The notes: a model not told the origin generated them from the sequence alone. A DNA stretch of 64,000 bases from Eledone cirrhosa (GCA_964016885.1 OZ024746.1:10602001-10666000), one strand, 5' to 3'. Shown: positions 1 through 15,468, counted from the stretch's first letter. Program-made: numbers and translations.

Positions 1-817
1 AATCTAACTCCTCCTTCCGGCCAATAAAATGTTTTCAAATATTTAATTTCTGCCGTCATTTAAAATTGTTGCCTTTTTTTTTTATCTGTCTGTCATCTCT
101 TATCCTTAAGATATGGTCAAATCGATAGTGTACCATCAGAGAGAGAGAGCAATGGTTCGTTTCCCATTCTGCCACATAAGCACCGCAACCTAGTCATCAA
201 GATCACTGCATCCACCAATGTAGACACATAATTCATGTTTTTTAATTCGCGCTCTCTGTTGTTAATTCACCCACAGAAAACAACAGGGAACCATAACATA
301 TCACATAAATGCTGTCATTAAAGGAGCTGATTCGTTTCAACTATCTTTTTTATCTTTATCACAGTATACCCTACTTTTTAGTATAAGGACCAACGAGAGA
401 AACTCTAGCTAATCACTAAACCAGTTAGATGTGGCAGCCAAATCTACTTTTAATAATACTGTACAGATTCAAGAGAGATGAATTGAATAATATTGCATGT
501 TGTACATATGCATAAAAGAAAAAAATATGAGATGGCCACGGATGGATTGCTTTGATAATCGATTTGCTTTAATTAAGGTTAACTTTAGGTTAAACAACAA
601 CAACAATAACCCAGAAAATGGCTGACATAACATTATAGATGATTTTTGAGCTAGATATAAGATTAAAACTAATGTTTTGGGATGAGTATTGCTACAAGGA
701 GATTTGTATTTGATTAAATCTATTATCTTTTTGGTTGAAAAATTTCACTTGTAATTGTATGTATGTATGTATGTATGTATGTATGTATGTATGTATGTAT
801 GTATGTATGTATGTATG

Positions 818-1790
818 TTATCTCTTTCTCTTAATTTCGAGTATATTTTTTTGACCGGCCACCTTCCTGGTGGCAAGGTTGTAAAAGAAAAGAAATTGTC
901 ATCCCTTGAATCGCAAGAATGTTTTGCAAATTTTGAAGGTGCCAGCTATCGCAGCCATTTGTAGACTATGAATTAGGGAGCTGCGCTCTTTGTCCGCAAA
1001 TCCAAGTTCAGTCATACTTTGGTCCAAGCGGGTTGGTATATAACCCGTAGCTCCAATAATGATGGGTATGAAGCTAAAGGTGTATCTTGGATACTGGATT
1101 TGTAAACTCCTCATCAATGGTCCGCAGATGTCCTCCTTCTCCTGTATTTTTCTGACAACGTTTACATAAAGTGGGCAGCTGATCTCCACAACAGAACACG
1201 TTTTCAATGTGTTGTCCCAAACAACAATATCACGCTGGTTGTGCTTTAATTTGGTGGCAGTTTTTATTTTCAGGTTCCGCCAGTATTCCTTAGTGCCATC
1301 TGTCTCAATATATTCTTCCTCGTTTGTTGTTAATTTTGTTTTCCGAAGTGCGTTCCAGATGGTTCTAGCTATCCCATTGTGTCTCATGGGGAGGTAGTAG
1401 CGAGATGACATTCTTTCGCAGCTGGCAACTATGTGGCTTACATCCTCGATCTTTGTTTTACATAGCCTACATTTATTGTCAGCTGATGGCCCTCCCCTTT
1501 TGTGCAGCAGATATTTGGTAGGGAGTTCTTGTTCCTGTATTGCATAGAGATATCCCTCAAGGTGTGATGTCATAAACTTGTCGGAACTCCATGCCAGGCT
1601 TTTTGAGTGGTTTATCCCCTCTATGGTCTGTGTTTTACGTCTCAAGTATCCATGCACACCTTTTTCCACAGTCATGTTTCTGCGATTCTTTGTTGTTTTT
1701 TCTTGAATCATTTTATTAGTTAGTAGGTGATCTATGCAACCCTACACCTCCCTCTTTCCACCAGCTTGCTCAGGTGTTATGATGTTGTTG
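818..1790 (-). mobile_element. 5'-truncated RLE-type non-LTR retrotransposon (R4/Dong-like): C-terminal CCHC knuckle, restriction-like endonuclease and 3' UTR
   Basis: ORF 899-1711 has AIQEQE, CRLC..EDVSHIVASC, RHN and (P)DIVVWD..VEISCP..K motifs; the 3' end abuts a (TATG)n tract. Confidence 0.85.
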
Positions 1791-1951
1791 GTAGCACAGT
1801 GATACTGTAAGAACAGGTTAAGGCACCCAGTATATAATTTATACATTTACTAAGAAAACAGTATATAATTTATACATGTATGTATGTATGTATGTATGTA
1901 TGTATGTATGTATGTATGTATGTATGTATGTATGTATGTATGTATGTATGT

Positions 1952-2097
1952 ATAATTGTCCCAAGTGTAGTGTTTGTACCAGAGTTTTCAAGTCGCTGGC
2001 TGGACTGAAAAGTCACACTCGTTCAGCGCATCGGTAGGGGTTCTCACACATGGATATAAAGTAGTGGCCGTACTTGAAAACGAGTTGGCAGCCACCA
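1952..2097 (+). mobile_element. 3' end of RTE-like LINE with terminal C2H2-like finger and (ATGT)n tail
   Basis: Translates [23 protein letters not shown]; near-identical copy at 6262-6407; both are followed by ATGT repeats. Confidence 0.65.
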
Positions 2098-3879
2098 TGT
2101 ATGTATGTACGTATGTATGTACGTACGTATGCGTGTATCCATGCATATATATATATACACATTTATTGAGATTTGTTCAATAGATTAGCTAAAAAAAGGC
2201 ACTGGCTTTTGTCCCAAAATATATTTCCATCAGTGATACTAATACTAGCATGCAAAGAGATACTTGTGTTTTCTATAACTATCAATAGAAAAATGAAGAA
2301 TGATACTAATTCTTTTCATGTAGGAATGGGTATCCTAGATGCTTCGGAAATGCGTGCACTTACTCGCTTTTATATTTTATATTTATTACGTAATAAATTA
2401 ATGATTTACTGTGTGGTTATAATATGTTGGTGAGTTTTCTTAGTAAATATAATATGAATGAATGCTCTACAGCTAGATCGTTTCAGAAAAAAAAAATCGT
2501 TTTGGTTATTCAAAAACGTACCCGTAAAACCTATTATTGATGTAAAAGTACGCGCAGTTAATTTTTAGGTGTCATCTTAAATTTTAAAATCAAGAAATAC
2601 TTTCTTTATAGGAAGTCAAATGAAAAGTCACAGTACATGAATGTTGCTTCAAAATACACGATTTCCATTATAAATAATTTAGAGGAAAATGTTAGTATAA
2701 AATTATCTAGTGTTTCGGTTTTTATAATTTCCTTCAACAAAGTGTTCCCCCCTCCATTAGGAAGAAGAAGCATTAAAATACAGTAACTTTAAGCATAAGA
2801 TTTTATATGAATAATAATAATATTAATTCTCAGAAAACGGAAAATGTACTTAAACCAAGCTTAATGTGAATACAATTATTGCTCAACATTTCTTTAACTA
2901 TTTAGATATATATTTTCTGAAAAATCATAAATATTAAATTTTTTTTATAAGAATAATGTTAAACTAAATTTAAGTTGTACGTATATTTTTTTACAAAAAT
3001 ATGAAATATTAGTAGTTAAAATTTTAAACAGCTGTCTACTACCAATTATTTCCATCGTGCAATTGGTTTAGCCCCGTAAATAGCAAAATAAATATTTTAT
3101 GGTTTTCGAAATCGACAGTTTATGGTGCACAACAGATTATATCACATTGACTTAAAATCGTTTTAAGTTAAAACATCATCAACATCATCATACTTTTAGA
3201 AATCCCCAAAGTTCTTTTCATAGAAAGTTATCGAAGTACATCTGGTTTTTAAGACAACATTATAAGAAACTATAAAAATATTTTGAGGATATTACAGTAT
3301 GCCAAACCACATATTCAGGGTAACGATGGCTCTGATGTTTATATTTCCAGTGAAAATCAATATATAGTTCCATAGGAATTCTATCATAAACTCTCCCATT
3401 CAGAACAAATATCTTATTTTTACTATAAATCGAAATTGTTGAAATATTTAAAAACGTCTAATGGTTGAACGCCGGGCAACCTTCTACTGTAATGTTACAC
3501 GCTTCAAATAACTCAAAAGGTTTACATTTGTTAACGTGCATTTTACATTGAACATTTTATTAACAAATCAGAATTTTTTGTTGAAATATTTCAAAATACC
3601 TAACGAATGAACATTAGAGTGCCTTAAATAATATTGTTCCACGCTCCACCCCCCGCAAAACGTTATATATTGTTAACGTGTATACTTATTCAGTTGGTTT
3701 TACATTGGATATAAATTTAGCAGCGCTTGATTTCTTTCTTTATTTTGTTTTCATTTGCCTGAGAAACGGTAAAAGGTGAAACTCCGAGTTGAGAAGATTC
3801 AGTTTAAAATGAACGTTATCATATTCTACTTCATTGTATTGAGTTCTTTTCCCCTGGATTGTTTACACTGTCATGCATT

Positions 3880-3947
<68 letters not shown>

Positions 3948-4574
3948 GATAGATAGATAGATAGATAGAATGATGTGGGTGTGTATGTGTGAACGTGTGC
4001 GTCATTGTGTGTGAACGTGTGCGTCACTGTGTGTATGTGTGATTGTATCAGGAAAATGACATATACATTGACAAATATGAGAAAATTATAATAAAAATAA
4101 AAAAAAGATATTAGATATAAAACGTATATGGCCAAGAAAAGTTTCTGTAAAGTAGAACTGATATTTGTATATTCACTTCATGTTATTTATTGCGTGGAAA
4201 AATAAATTTGGTTGGGCGCAGGTATTTTTCAATCAAGGTATTTAAAAAATAAATTCTATTGTTTAGGTTTGGGGTAAAGGATTGGGCTTGTGGTCTTTAC
4301 AGGTTATTTGAGTCTTCTGTGAACAGTTGAATAGACTGGAGGTAATTGTAGAAAAACGCTGTTGGAGACAGGAAATACTGCGGGGAAAAGTGTGCTTGAG
4401 AGAAAGTGGCGCCGAACCAGTCAGCTCCGAGGAACAGAAGCTAATGTAGATAGAGAGAGAGAGAGAGACAGAGTGAAAGAGAGAGAGTATAGAGCTCATC
4501 TGTGGAGAAGTGGTTTGTGAGGGACATCATAGCGATATGTTAAATAGCCTTTCTTTGGATGTTGTCTTGGATGT

Positions 4575-5182
4575 TCGTGTGTGTGTGTTTGTGCGTGTGT
4601 GTGCGTTTATGTGTGTGTATGTATATGTATGTTTGTGTTATGTGTGAGTGTACGTGTGTGTGTTTATGTGTGTGTATGTAAATGTATGTTTGTGTCGAGC
4701 GTGCATGCGCGCGTGAGTATGTATATGTTGTATGTTTGTGTCGTGTGTGTATGCACGCGTGTGTGTATATGCGTGTGTATGTATATGTATGTTTGTGTCG
4801 TGTGTGATTGTGCGTGTGTGTGTGCATATGCATATGTGTGTGTATGTATATATATGTTTGTGTCATGTGTGAGTGTGCGTGAGTGTGTGTTTGTGTGTAT
4901 ATGTGAGTGTATGTATATGTATGTTTGTGTCATGTGTAAGTGTGCGTGTGTGTGTATATGTGTGTGTATGTATATGTATGTTTGTGTCATGTGTGAGTGT
5001 GCGTGTGTGTGTATATGTGTGTACATGTATATGTATGTTTGTGTCGAATGTGATGGTGCGCGTGTGTGTTTATGCGTGTGTATGTATATGTATGTTTGTG
5101 TCGTCTGTGTATGCGCATGTGTGTATATGGGTATGTATGTATATGTATGTTTGTGTCATGTGTAAGTGTGCGTGTGTGTGGT
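4575..5182. repeat. TG-rich compound minisatellite, about 58-bp unit
   Basis: Recurrent gtatgtatatgtatgtttgtgtc(a/g)tgtgtgagtgtgcgtgtg. Confidence 0.8.
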
Positions 5183-5861
5183 AGCAACAGCAACGTCAGG
5201 GATACGTGTGTGAATATGTGGGGCGAGGGGAGAGAACTCTGTCGTGGGTCTCACCTGAGCGTTATAGAGAGTTCACAATCGTTAGAAGAAGATATATAGT
5301 TAGTGATAGCTAATACACAACATGCAATGATTGCTGGTATGGAATTGTAGCAAGAACAATAATGAGGCTCTGCTGCAACAACAGATTTCTCACATTCTAT
5401 AAATATAGATTCCTCACATAGGTTACCAATGGCGCCAATTCGACCAATATATGTATAATTTGTCACCGCAGTATTAATCTTGAGAATCTAAGCAGAATGC
5501 ATTTGTTTTTAGAACGTATATATCATTGTATACAATTGTATATATATATATATATATATTAGAATAGTTATTTTGGCTCTGTTTTAGAGTATTGTACACT
5601 CTATATGTATTACATAAAGTTATATAGAAAGATATCTTGATTATACGCATACATATACCCACATTCTCTCTCTCTCACGCACATATATATGCACATGTAT
5701 GTATGTATGTATGTATGTATGTATGTATGTATGTATGTATGTATGTATGTATGTATGTATGTATGTATGTATGTGTGTATGTATTTATGTGTGTATGTGT
5801 GTATGTATGTGTGTGTGTATGTGTGTATGTATGTGTGTGTGTATGTATGTATGTGTGTATG

Positions 5862-6407
5862 TGTTGGCGTCTAAACTGGCAACCCCACCAAGGTTTCTTG
5901 TTGAGGATGGTGACTTTGGACATCCTGCAGGACTAAAAACAAAACCTGTCAAAGGGCAAAGGAGCTCTTAAGAGTCAATGGCCATCCAAAATCACCGGGA
6001 GAGATGACCCCTTAGCATTGGTTAAGGCAGAATTCTAGGAGAAGAAAACTCTGATATAACACCTGCAACCCTGATGGTATCCAATGATGTTGACTTGTTC
6101 TTCTTTTTGGTAAATATCATCTTGGTTAAGATAGTGGGACTGGCTTTGTGCAGTGCCTTTGCTCACTATAAAAGCTTCACGGCACAACAGGCATTGCTTC
6201 ATATCTGGAGATCTCTCTGCACTTGTCGTCACATGGTACCATGGGCCTAGCACTATGTGTCAATAATTGTCACAAGTGTAGTGTTTGTACCAGAGTTTTC
6301 AAGTCGCTGGCTGGACTAAAAAGTCACACTCGTTCAGCGCATCAGTAGGGGTTCTGCTACATAGATATAAAGTAGTGGCCGTACTCGAAAACGAGTTGGC
6401 AGCCACC
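5862..6407 (+). mobile_element. Putative internally deleted (bipartite) RTE derivative
   Basis: Non-coding segment with ggagaagaaaactctgat (recalled as RTE 5'UTR-like) joined to the same 3' finger end as 1952-2097; TG/ATGT tracts on both sides. Confidence 0.45.
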
Positions 6408-6510
6408 ATGTATGTATATATGTATGTATATATGTATGTATGTATGCACATATGTATTTATGTATATATATATATATATGTATATATGTATATATACGTA
6501 TGTATGTATG

Positions 6511-6566
<56 letters not shown>

Positions 6567-6569
<3 letters not shown>

Positions 6570-6633
6570 TTACACTTGGGGAGGGTCATATTTGTGTAAT
6601 ATTGCCAGAATTAATAACAGAACACACTCACTG
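6567..6633 (-). mobile_element. 3' fragment of HHR element family F in (TA)n
   Basis: Nearly identical to 18005-18070 and reverse complement of 13378-13443. Confidence 0.75.
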
Positions 6634-6725
6634 TATATGTGTATATATATATGTATATATATATTGGACGGCTCGGAAAAGCTTTTTTCTTAGATATTTA
6701 ATTGTAAGAGACTACTCTGAGTTCT

Positions 6726-6757
<32 letters not shown>

Positions 6758-7269
6758 AGTGGTTACACAACAGTTAGTTCACCATACCGAGAACAATTGT
6801 TTCACCTTTCGCAGTTATCTCCCCCCCCCCCCCCGCACGCAGTCTATATATATATATATATATATATATGCACCGTATACTTTCCTGTCAGTCAATTGAA
6901 CGTTTGAAAGTATATACTTTCCTTATCGAGTGAGTTAGTCGGCCGGGCGTACAGAAAACGATAAATGGAAAAAATGAAATTTCATTTCTCACACTTAGTA
7001 CGTCTGTACTAAGTGTGAGAAATGAAAGAAGGTCAGTGGAGCCTCAGCAGTACCCAAAACAGGAGTTGTAAAAAGAGTGGATGAATTCCTCTGAGTCAAC
7101 GGATATTCACCCGACTTACGGATTAAATAGCCTCACCAACCCGCAATTGGCCAAGTGGGTTGGTAAGGCTGAAGACTTGACCAAAACCAAACAGAAGGTT
7201 GTGGAGGTCAATCAGGAAGGGGTTCCCGCAGCAGGAGTGAGAAGGCCCTAGATTGGATTGTATATATAT

Positions 7270-7474
7270 ACAAGGCAGAGTATAAATATTTAATATAGAA
7301 AGGCTTCTACAGGAGAAATCATCGGGAGAAATCATCAGGAAGCCCTGATGATTTCTCCCGAATGAAACAGTTCTAGTCCTGTAGAAGCCTTTCTATATTA
7401 AATATTTATACTCTGCTTTGTATCGAGTACCTTACTTACTGTGGTTACCCCCGATTGAACCCGGGATAAACTTA
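7270..7474 (+). mobile_element. Fold-back HHR element family B in (TA)n
   Basis: Inverted arms gcagagtataaatatttaatatagaaaggcttctacagga / tcctgtagaagcctttctatattaaatatttatactctgc; CTGATGA-tttctcccgaat-GAAACAGTT; unique 3' tail with tatcGAGTAC. Confidence 0.7.
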
Positions 7475-7848
7475 TATATATATATATATATATATATAAA
7501 TATTTAGGAAAGATTTGTGTGCTATTTCTAGGAGGTCAAACGATTGTATAGAAACACCTTTTGAATTTCGAGGTGTGTATAGATATTGTAGTGAAGTACT
7601 TTCCTTTTATTGATTATGATTGCTCTCTTACAATAATAATTCAATATATGGGAGCTTATTTAGTATTTAGAATATCATTTTAATGTTTTAAAACTATGAA
7701 GCGTTGCTGATTAAACATTAAATAGGTTCTCACATTGCGATATTTAGTAATCATGTTGCACTGCGTTTGTAATAATTGAACTTCTACGTTAGTATTTCAG
7801 TAAAATATTACTAATAATCTAAAGTATAGTGTGTACACTAAAGAATGA

Positions 7849-7980
7849 TAATTGTTTCTACTTTTGGCACAAGGCCAGCAATTATCACAGTGTATTACTG
7901 GTACTTTATTTTATCGTAAGGATGAAAGGCAAAGTCAACCTCGGCGGGGTTTGAACTCAGATCGTAAAGGGACATAACTA
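7849..7980 (-). mobile_element. tRNA-derived SINE S1, 5'-truncated
   Basis: Reverse complement of S1 B-box gagttcaaa, central gcctttcatcctta domain and gtagaaacaatt tail. Confidence 0.85.
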
Positions 7981-8164
7981 TTGAGGTTTAATTTCCTAAT
8001 TTATATCTTCACACACTCACAGAAGGTTTGGTTGTTGTTTTGAACAGCTAAGTCAGTGACGAGTTGATGAATGAAGTATGATGTTTGCTCTTTTCTCAGA
8101 AAGTGAACAAATAATTCCCTATGTTACTCCATGGGCCATTACGTTTCATTTTGTACGGTATATT

Positions 8165-8450
8165 ATTATACTGTAGTAGCAGTAATTATACTGTAGTACC
8201 AGTAATTATACTGTAATACCAGTAATTATACTGTAGTACCAGTAATTATACTGTAGTAGCAGTAATTATAGTGTAGTACCAGTAATTATAATGTAGTAGC
8301 AGTAATTATAGTGTAGTACCAGTAATTATAGTGTAGTACCAGTAATTATACTGTAGTAGCAGTAATTATAGTGTAGTACCAGTAATTATAGTGTAGTACC
8401 AATAATTATACTGTAGTAGCAGTAATTATACTGTAGAACCAGTAATTATC
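8165..8450. repeat. 20-bp minisatellite agtaattata(c/g)tgtagta(c/g)c, about 14 copies
   Basis: Direct tandem repeat. Confidence 0.95.
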
Positions 8451-9664
8451 GGTAATACCATATTGTTGCGAGTCTGAAAGACTGCAGTAACACGTTAGTT
8501 AGTATTAAAACCAATATTTATCAATATTACTTCAACATGTTATACCAGGTACCACCAAAGCTCTTAAAGGTTCCTATAGAACTCTATTAGCGAAATTGCC
8601 GTCAATGCAAAACAAAATTGTAGAATATGGAACATTTCCAATAAAACAGATGGTCCGCTTTTTAACATAGAGAAATATCTTAAGAATATATTGACAGAAT
8701 GTCATGTAACATTTAAGTAAAAGAGACATATTATTGGTATTACAATCAAGAGATAGAAGCTATCTTAAGATCAATCAAAAACAATGTGAACAAAGCGTAG
8801 CAAAACGGAAAGAAGCAGAATTAGATGACATTTCCTGAAAATCGCCAGGAAGTTCTATAGTTTCAAATAAATCAGCCACGGATATTTAAAGGAACTTTCT
8901 AGATAAAATGGAAAAGATCTGGTAATAACAGAGTTGATAATGTGTCCAGCTACTAGCTGTAAGATCGATGGCCCTTCTCTCATCACTGGCACAATGTTTA
9001 TGATGGAAGTACTCTCACTTACCTAGACCATCTGATTGTAAATAGATACCTCCTCCCCTCCACCATTGAGCTCCCAACTTCCGATCGAGACGCAGGAGCG
9101 TCGTCATTATGGTATGTATCATGTCTTAGGCATCTAAACTTGGTGAAACTCATCCCTCAAATCCTAAAACAGAGACCCAGATCCCCGAACACAATATCCC
9201 AGATCTGATCTCCCACTGTCGTAACCAGTATGGATTTATTCTGGAAAATTATCAAAAGTTTCAAACCCAGGAAATGTCATCTAATTCCAGTTAAAAATAA
9301 ACCGACTACCAAGTTCTCTCTCAGACATAGTAGCTGCAAAACACAAATAGCTGACAACTAGTTTATCTGTTAATAATAACACTAGACTTGAATGAATGTA
9401 ACAAAACCTTCCACTACCATTATCTTGCTTGATAACATCGGTTCTGTGGGCTGAGATTTTGAATACATCTGCTGCTGGCTTGTCATATATTACTATACCA
9501 TATTTATTATAATTACTATTTCTCTTGTGATAAAAGCTATCTTTTTCGTAATCTAAAATCAACAAGGAAATATCAAGCTGGAACTGGGTATAAAAAAATA
9601 ATAGACTAAATACAAAGATTTTTTACTGTGGATACTAACACTAACTACTATGACACGATGCAGT

Positions 9665-9755
9665 CTTTCATCGGACCTGTCTTCACCAATGGACCTGTCT
9701 TCATCGGACCTGTCTTCACCAATGGACATGTCTTCATCGGACATGTCTTCATCCA
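9665..9755. repeat. Short tandem repeat of ggacctgtcttca units
   Basis: About 6 imperfect 12-15 bp units. Confidence 0.7.
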
Positions 9756-10030
9756 ACTAGAGATATGAATTCAGTGTAACATCACCTGAAATATCAGGTG
9801 ATATTGCACTTGAAACTCAGAGTAGCGATAGTCATTATCCTCAGCTATTAGAAACAAATAAATATACCCTCGTTTCAAACATTTCACTGCGGCCATGCTG
9901 GAGTACTACATATATTTATTTTAGACGATTATATTGATTCCAGTATTGGTTTGAAACGTTGATACATACTTTATGAATTACGTTGCGGAAAAGACGACGT
10001 TCGAAAGTGATCCCAATAAGCGGCTTTCAA

Positions 10031-10116
<86 letters not shown>

Positions 10117-10192
10117 CACACATGTATATATGAGAATGTATGTGTGTGCTCTACCTCTCTATCTTTTCATCCCTTTCTCACTGTCTCTCTTC

Positions 10193-10279
<87 letters not shown>

Positions 10280-10424
10280 CATATATACATGTCGGAAATT
10301 TCATTTTGAATTAGTATTTTCAATATCTCGATATAAAGTGATAAGCTATCTTACTGAAGCATCTCTTCAACGTTAACATTTTTGAAATACCTCTATATAT
10401 GATTGGCTTGATATAGCCTATCAT

Positions 10425-10548
<124 letters not shown>

Positions 10549-10873
10549 TGTATGTATGTATGTATGTATGTATGTATTCAAATACACATGCATACTTTAC
10601 ATATATTATTTATAAAAGTACGCATATATCTGAAGAATGCGCAAACTCAGCTATTTCTATGTAGAAATGTAGGAATATACGTGTATATGAATGTATTACT
10701 ATTTGCATGTGGATATGTTTAACTAAGTCAATCTACCCTCTCGTTCACACACACACACATACACATACAATGTATATATATATATATCTATATATATCTA
10801 TATATATATACACATTTCACTTTACATTAAATTTAATAATGTTATATAGTTTATAATAATGCATCTACTTATG

Positions 10874-10950
<77 letters not shown>

Positions 10951-10964
10951 CTGAGTGTGTATGT

Positions 10965-11007
<43 letters not shown>

Positions 11008-11108
11008 GAAATATATGCGCGTATGAATATATATATATGTATATTTATACATATATACCGTATGTACATAAGTATGTAAGTCTGTATGTATGTATGTATG
11101 TATGTATG

Positions 11109-11139
<31 letters not shown>

Positions 11140-11144
11140 GTCTG

Positions 11145-11179
<35 letters not shown>

Positions 11180-11318
11180 GTCTGTATGTATGTATGTAAG
11201 TCTGTATGTATGTATGTATGTATGTATGTATGTATGTATGTATGTATATGTTTTTACAATGCTGTACGTCATTGTAGATGTCATGTGTTTTACAGTATTT
11301 TTATATATAAATCCTAAC

Positions 11319-11367
<49 letters not shown>

Positions 11368-11647
11368 CAAGTCTCTTTGAACATCACAAATACACATGTA
11401 GAGAATACATTGAAGGGAATATATGATTACTGGCTTTCTGGGCACGAAGGTGATAGTGAGGAGAGCGCCGTAAGAGATTATCAAATATTATTTCTTGAAA
11501 CCTTCGTTTTATGTTGCTGAGATAATATAAGTTGAATTATGCGAAAGATTAGATTTACGCGTGGATGTATTTAGGTGAATATACTCTCGTATATAGAGGC
11601 ATACTTTCGTAGACACAAACACGTATATTCGCACTCACACACACACA

Positions 11648-11703
<56 letters not shown>

Positions 11704-11888
11704 CAGACGCATATCGAGACACAAATGCACACACCCACACACACGCACACACACAAACACTCTCACATATCGAGACTCAAACACACACACACACACACAA
11801 AACTCACACACACACACACACACACACATATCGAGACACAAACACAAACACACACACACACAAACTCACACATATCGAGACACAAACA

Positions 11889-11924
<36 letters not shown>

Positions 11925-12039
11925 TAATGATAAACATGCTAGAATAGCGCGTGTATTACATACATATATACGTTGACACACACCCACAAACGCACACAAC
12001 CCAACACACACACACATATATATGTGTGTGTATATTAAA

Positions 12040-12302
12040 TAATAAATATTTATACTAAAACAGCGCGTATATTATAAGATTTAAGATAAGTTTTATGCAG
12101 ATATAGCTACACGTTTTGAATAAGAATCATCGCTGCGAAAAGAATGAAGTATAAAAATAAAAGATATCTAAGACAATCTTTTTTGTTTCTCTGCGTAGAG
12201 AAGGACTGAGGCAACGTGGCTTCACTTCAGTCTGTTAAACAGCGATGTTTCTAATTCAAAACGTGTAGCTATGGCTATAACACATTTAACTTGAAACTTT
12301 AT
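12040..12302. mobile_element. Old fold-back element in (TA)n with degenerate inverted arms
   Basis: atagctacacgttttgaataagaatcatcgctg pairs with cagcgatgtttctaattcaaaacgtgtagctat; internal gactgagg/cttcagtc hairpin may be a decayed HHR stem II. Confidence 0.5.
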
Positions 12303-12374
12303 ATATATATATATATATGTCTCTCCACCACTCCCCTACACACCCTTTGAACTCTCTTCCCACACACTTTTCAC

Positions 12375-12402
12375 CTGAAGAAGGGCTTATGCCCGAAACG
12401 TC
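12375..12402 (+). ncRNA. Minimal type-I hammerhead motif (family D, element about 12320-12493)
   Basis: CTGAAGA-A-GGGC-ttat-GCCC-GAAAC-GTC; loopless palindromic stem III (ACGT). Confidence 0.75.
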
Positions 12403-12490
12403 GTTCCCCACCACCATCCCACTCTCAAGAGCGTGAAATTAATAAACATTTGTTGTACTGCCTCTCTGTTTTGTTCCCGTTCAATTTTTC

Positions 12491-12527
<37 letters not shown>

Positions 12528-12530
<3 letters not shown>

Positions 12531-12717
12531 AACCAGTAAGACCCCGACGGCTGAGCTCAAGCCGTTTCGTCGGCTAATTCTCTAATGAATTAGCCGTCGA
12601 AACGGCTTGAGCTCAGCCGTCGGGGTCTTACTGGTTCCTATTACCCACTCTACTACCCTAAGTATTGAGTACTTTGGTGCGTTATGGTCCACCTGGTTCC
12701 TTACCACATTTCCTTCG

Positions 12718-12720
<3 letters not shown>
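12528..12720 (+). mobile_element. Fold-back half-hammerhead element family A, copy 1
   Basis: About 50-bp inverted arms; GAAACGGC-ttgagctca-GCCGTC^GGGG; 80-bp tail ending ccttcgtta; (TA)n on both sides. Confidence 0.85.
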
Positions 12721-12780
<60 letters not shown>

Positions 12781-12784
<4 letters not shown>

Positions 12785-13061
12785 ATATTAATAAATGGAA
12801 ACTATATTTATAAAACCATATTTATTTTATTATACAGATTTGTTTTATAAATAAATATTGACAGACACATCCGGAAAAAAGACAACCTTAACGGTTGGAG
12901 CTTCCTTGATATATGTATAATAAAATAAATATGGTTTTATAAATATAGTTGCCATTTATTCATATATTGAGTATTTAAACCACTAAATTGTTGAGTGCTT
13001 TATATCAGTTATAACAATTTTTAAGCTTGTTGAATCCCAACAAATTAAATATAACCTCTGC
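12781..13061 (+). mobile_element. AT-rich fold-back element in (TA)n
   Basis: About 55-bp inverted arms (12781-12836 vs 12914-12969) plus a tail with ttGAGTGC; related fragment at 18885-19010. Confidence 0.7.
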
Positions 13062-13074
13062 ATATATATATATA

Positions 13075-13656
<582 letters not shown>

Positions 13657-13686
13657 CTATATATTCATTATTATTTAGACTAAAAA

Positions 13687-13740
13687 GTGAGTCTTGTTAC
13701 TCTGGAGTTTCGCATGTTTATCACAGGCTCATCAACTCAC
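13687..13740 (-). ncRNA. Hammerhead-like motif with C3>U change
   Basis: Minus strand: gtgag-TTGATGA-gc..gc-GAAAC-TC-ca-GA-GTA-..ctcac. Confidence 0.55.
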
Positions 13741-13752
13741 GTTTTAGCCTTA

Positions 13753-13945
13753 TTAATAATTGTTTCTACTTTAGGCACAAGGCCAGCAATTACCCAGTAC
13801 ATTACTGGTACTTTATTTTATCGACCCCGTAAGGATGAAAGGCAAAGTTAACCTCAGCGGGATTTGAACTCAGAATGTAAAGGGACGTAACTATGCTAGA
13901 AAGCATGGCGTCCAACCCTCCACCGATACTGCCAATTCACCGCCC
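13753..13945 (-). mobile_element. Full-length SINE S1 with target-site duplication
   Basis: A-box tggcagtatcgg, B-box gagttcaaatcc; flanking direct repeat tttagcctta. Confidence 0.9.
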
Positions 13946-14019
13946 TTTAGCCTTAATGATGAATATTAAAACTCTACTTCGGTATTGAGTACTCCGTTCT
14001 CTCAACCGTCAACCACACA

Positions 14020-14069
<50 letters not shown>

Positions 14070-14492
14070 AGTAAACACAGAGATATAAACAGAAGCGAAC
14101 ACTAAATATATCTCAGTCGTAAACGAATTGTTAGATATTACTAAATATAAGAAGGAGAAATCGTAGTTAAATAGTTTTAAAAAGATACAAGGAAAAATCA
14201 ATACCACGATGGACTTTATATTGTTATATATTGAATATAAGTTATAGATGAACAAAGAGACTGAAATGCAAATACATAGATCTAATAAGATAAAGAGACT
14301 CACATAGATACACCCCTCCACTGAGAGAGGGGGGCGGGGGTAGAGAGAGAGAGAGGGGGTGGGAAGGGATTATGAGGGTTAAATATGAAGAAAGGCAAAA
14401 TACATAGAGACAGACGTATAAATCAATTCTATAGATAGGTAGACAAAGAGATATATGGCTTTCTGCCTGTCCCACTGTCTATCTTTAAGTAG

Positions 14493-14939
<447 letters not shown>

Positions 14940-15425
14940 GACATGCTTCTACAGAAAATGACACTTGCCCAATTGCCCAAGGTGCCACACATTGGTTGCC
15001 ATGTGGACTCCTTAACTACGTCCTCCATAAAACACATGGATAGCTCTAAAGACAGATACAGTTATGAGATCTACTACAATATTTTATAGATTTATACATA
15101 CAAATATGTAGCAGAATTTTCAGAAATATCAGAATTTTTGATACATAAGATAACACATTATCTTATCTTGTAGTTTTTAGCCTAAACTAAAAGATCAGTG
15201 TATTCTAATATCGTCAAAATCCATTATGTATTAGATTTATGATAGAAATGTCATAGTATCGTATCGTTTATTTGATGACGTAATGGTGAGTTCAAATCTA
15301 TTGCTGGAATGTTGCTGTGCTCGTGGATATGATATCTCATCCAGCTAATCACACATTGCTGTAACCTATAGACAACTAATCACGAAAGACCAAATAACTA
15401 GCTTTAACTTGCCATTGCATACGAT

Positions 15426-15468
<43 letters not shown>

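Noticed and set aside
2173-3500. Old Helitron helicase relic (FSITINRK)
   Set aside because: A single weak motif, not enough to call.
8500-9560. Coding-like stretch, perhaps a transposase relic
   Set aside because: Many stops and no diagnostic motif identified.
12528-12720. Family A as a TA-targeting MITE
   Set aside because: The inverted repeat is not terminal (80-bp one-sided tail), arms co-vary per copy, and one copy lacks the arm.
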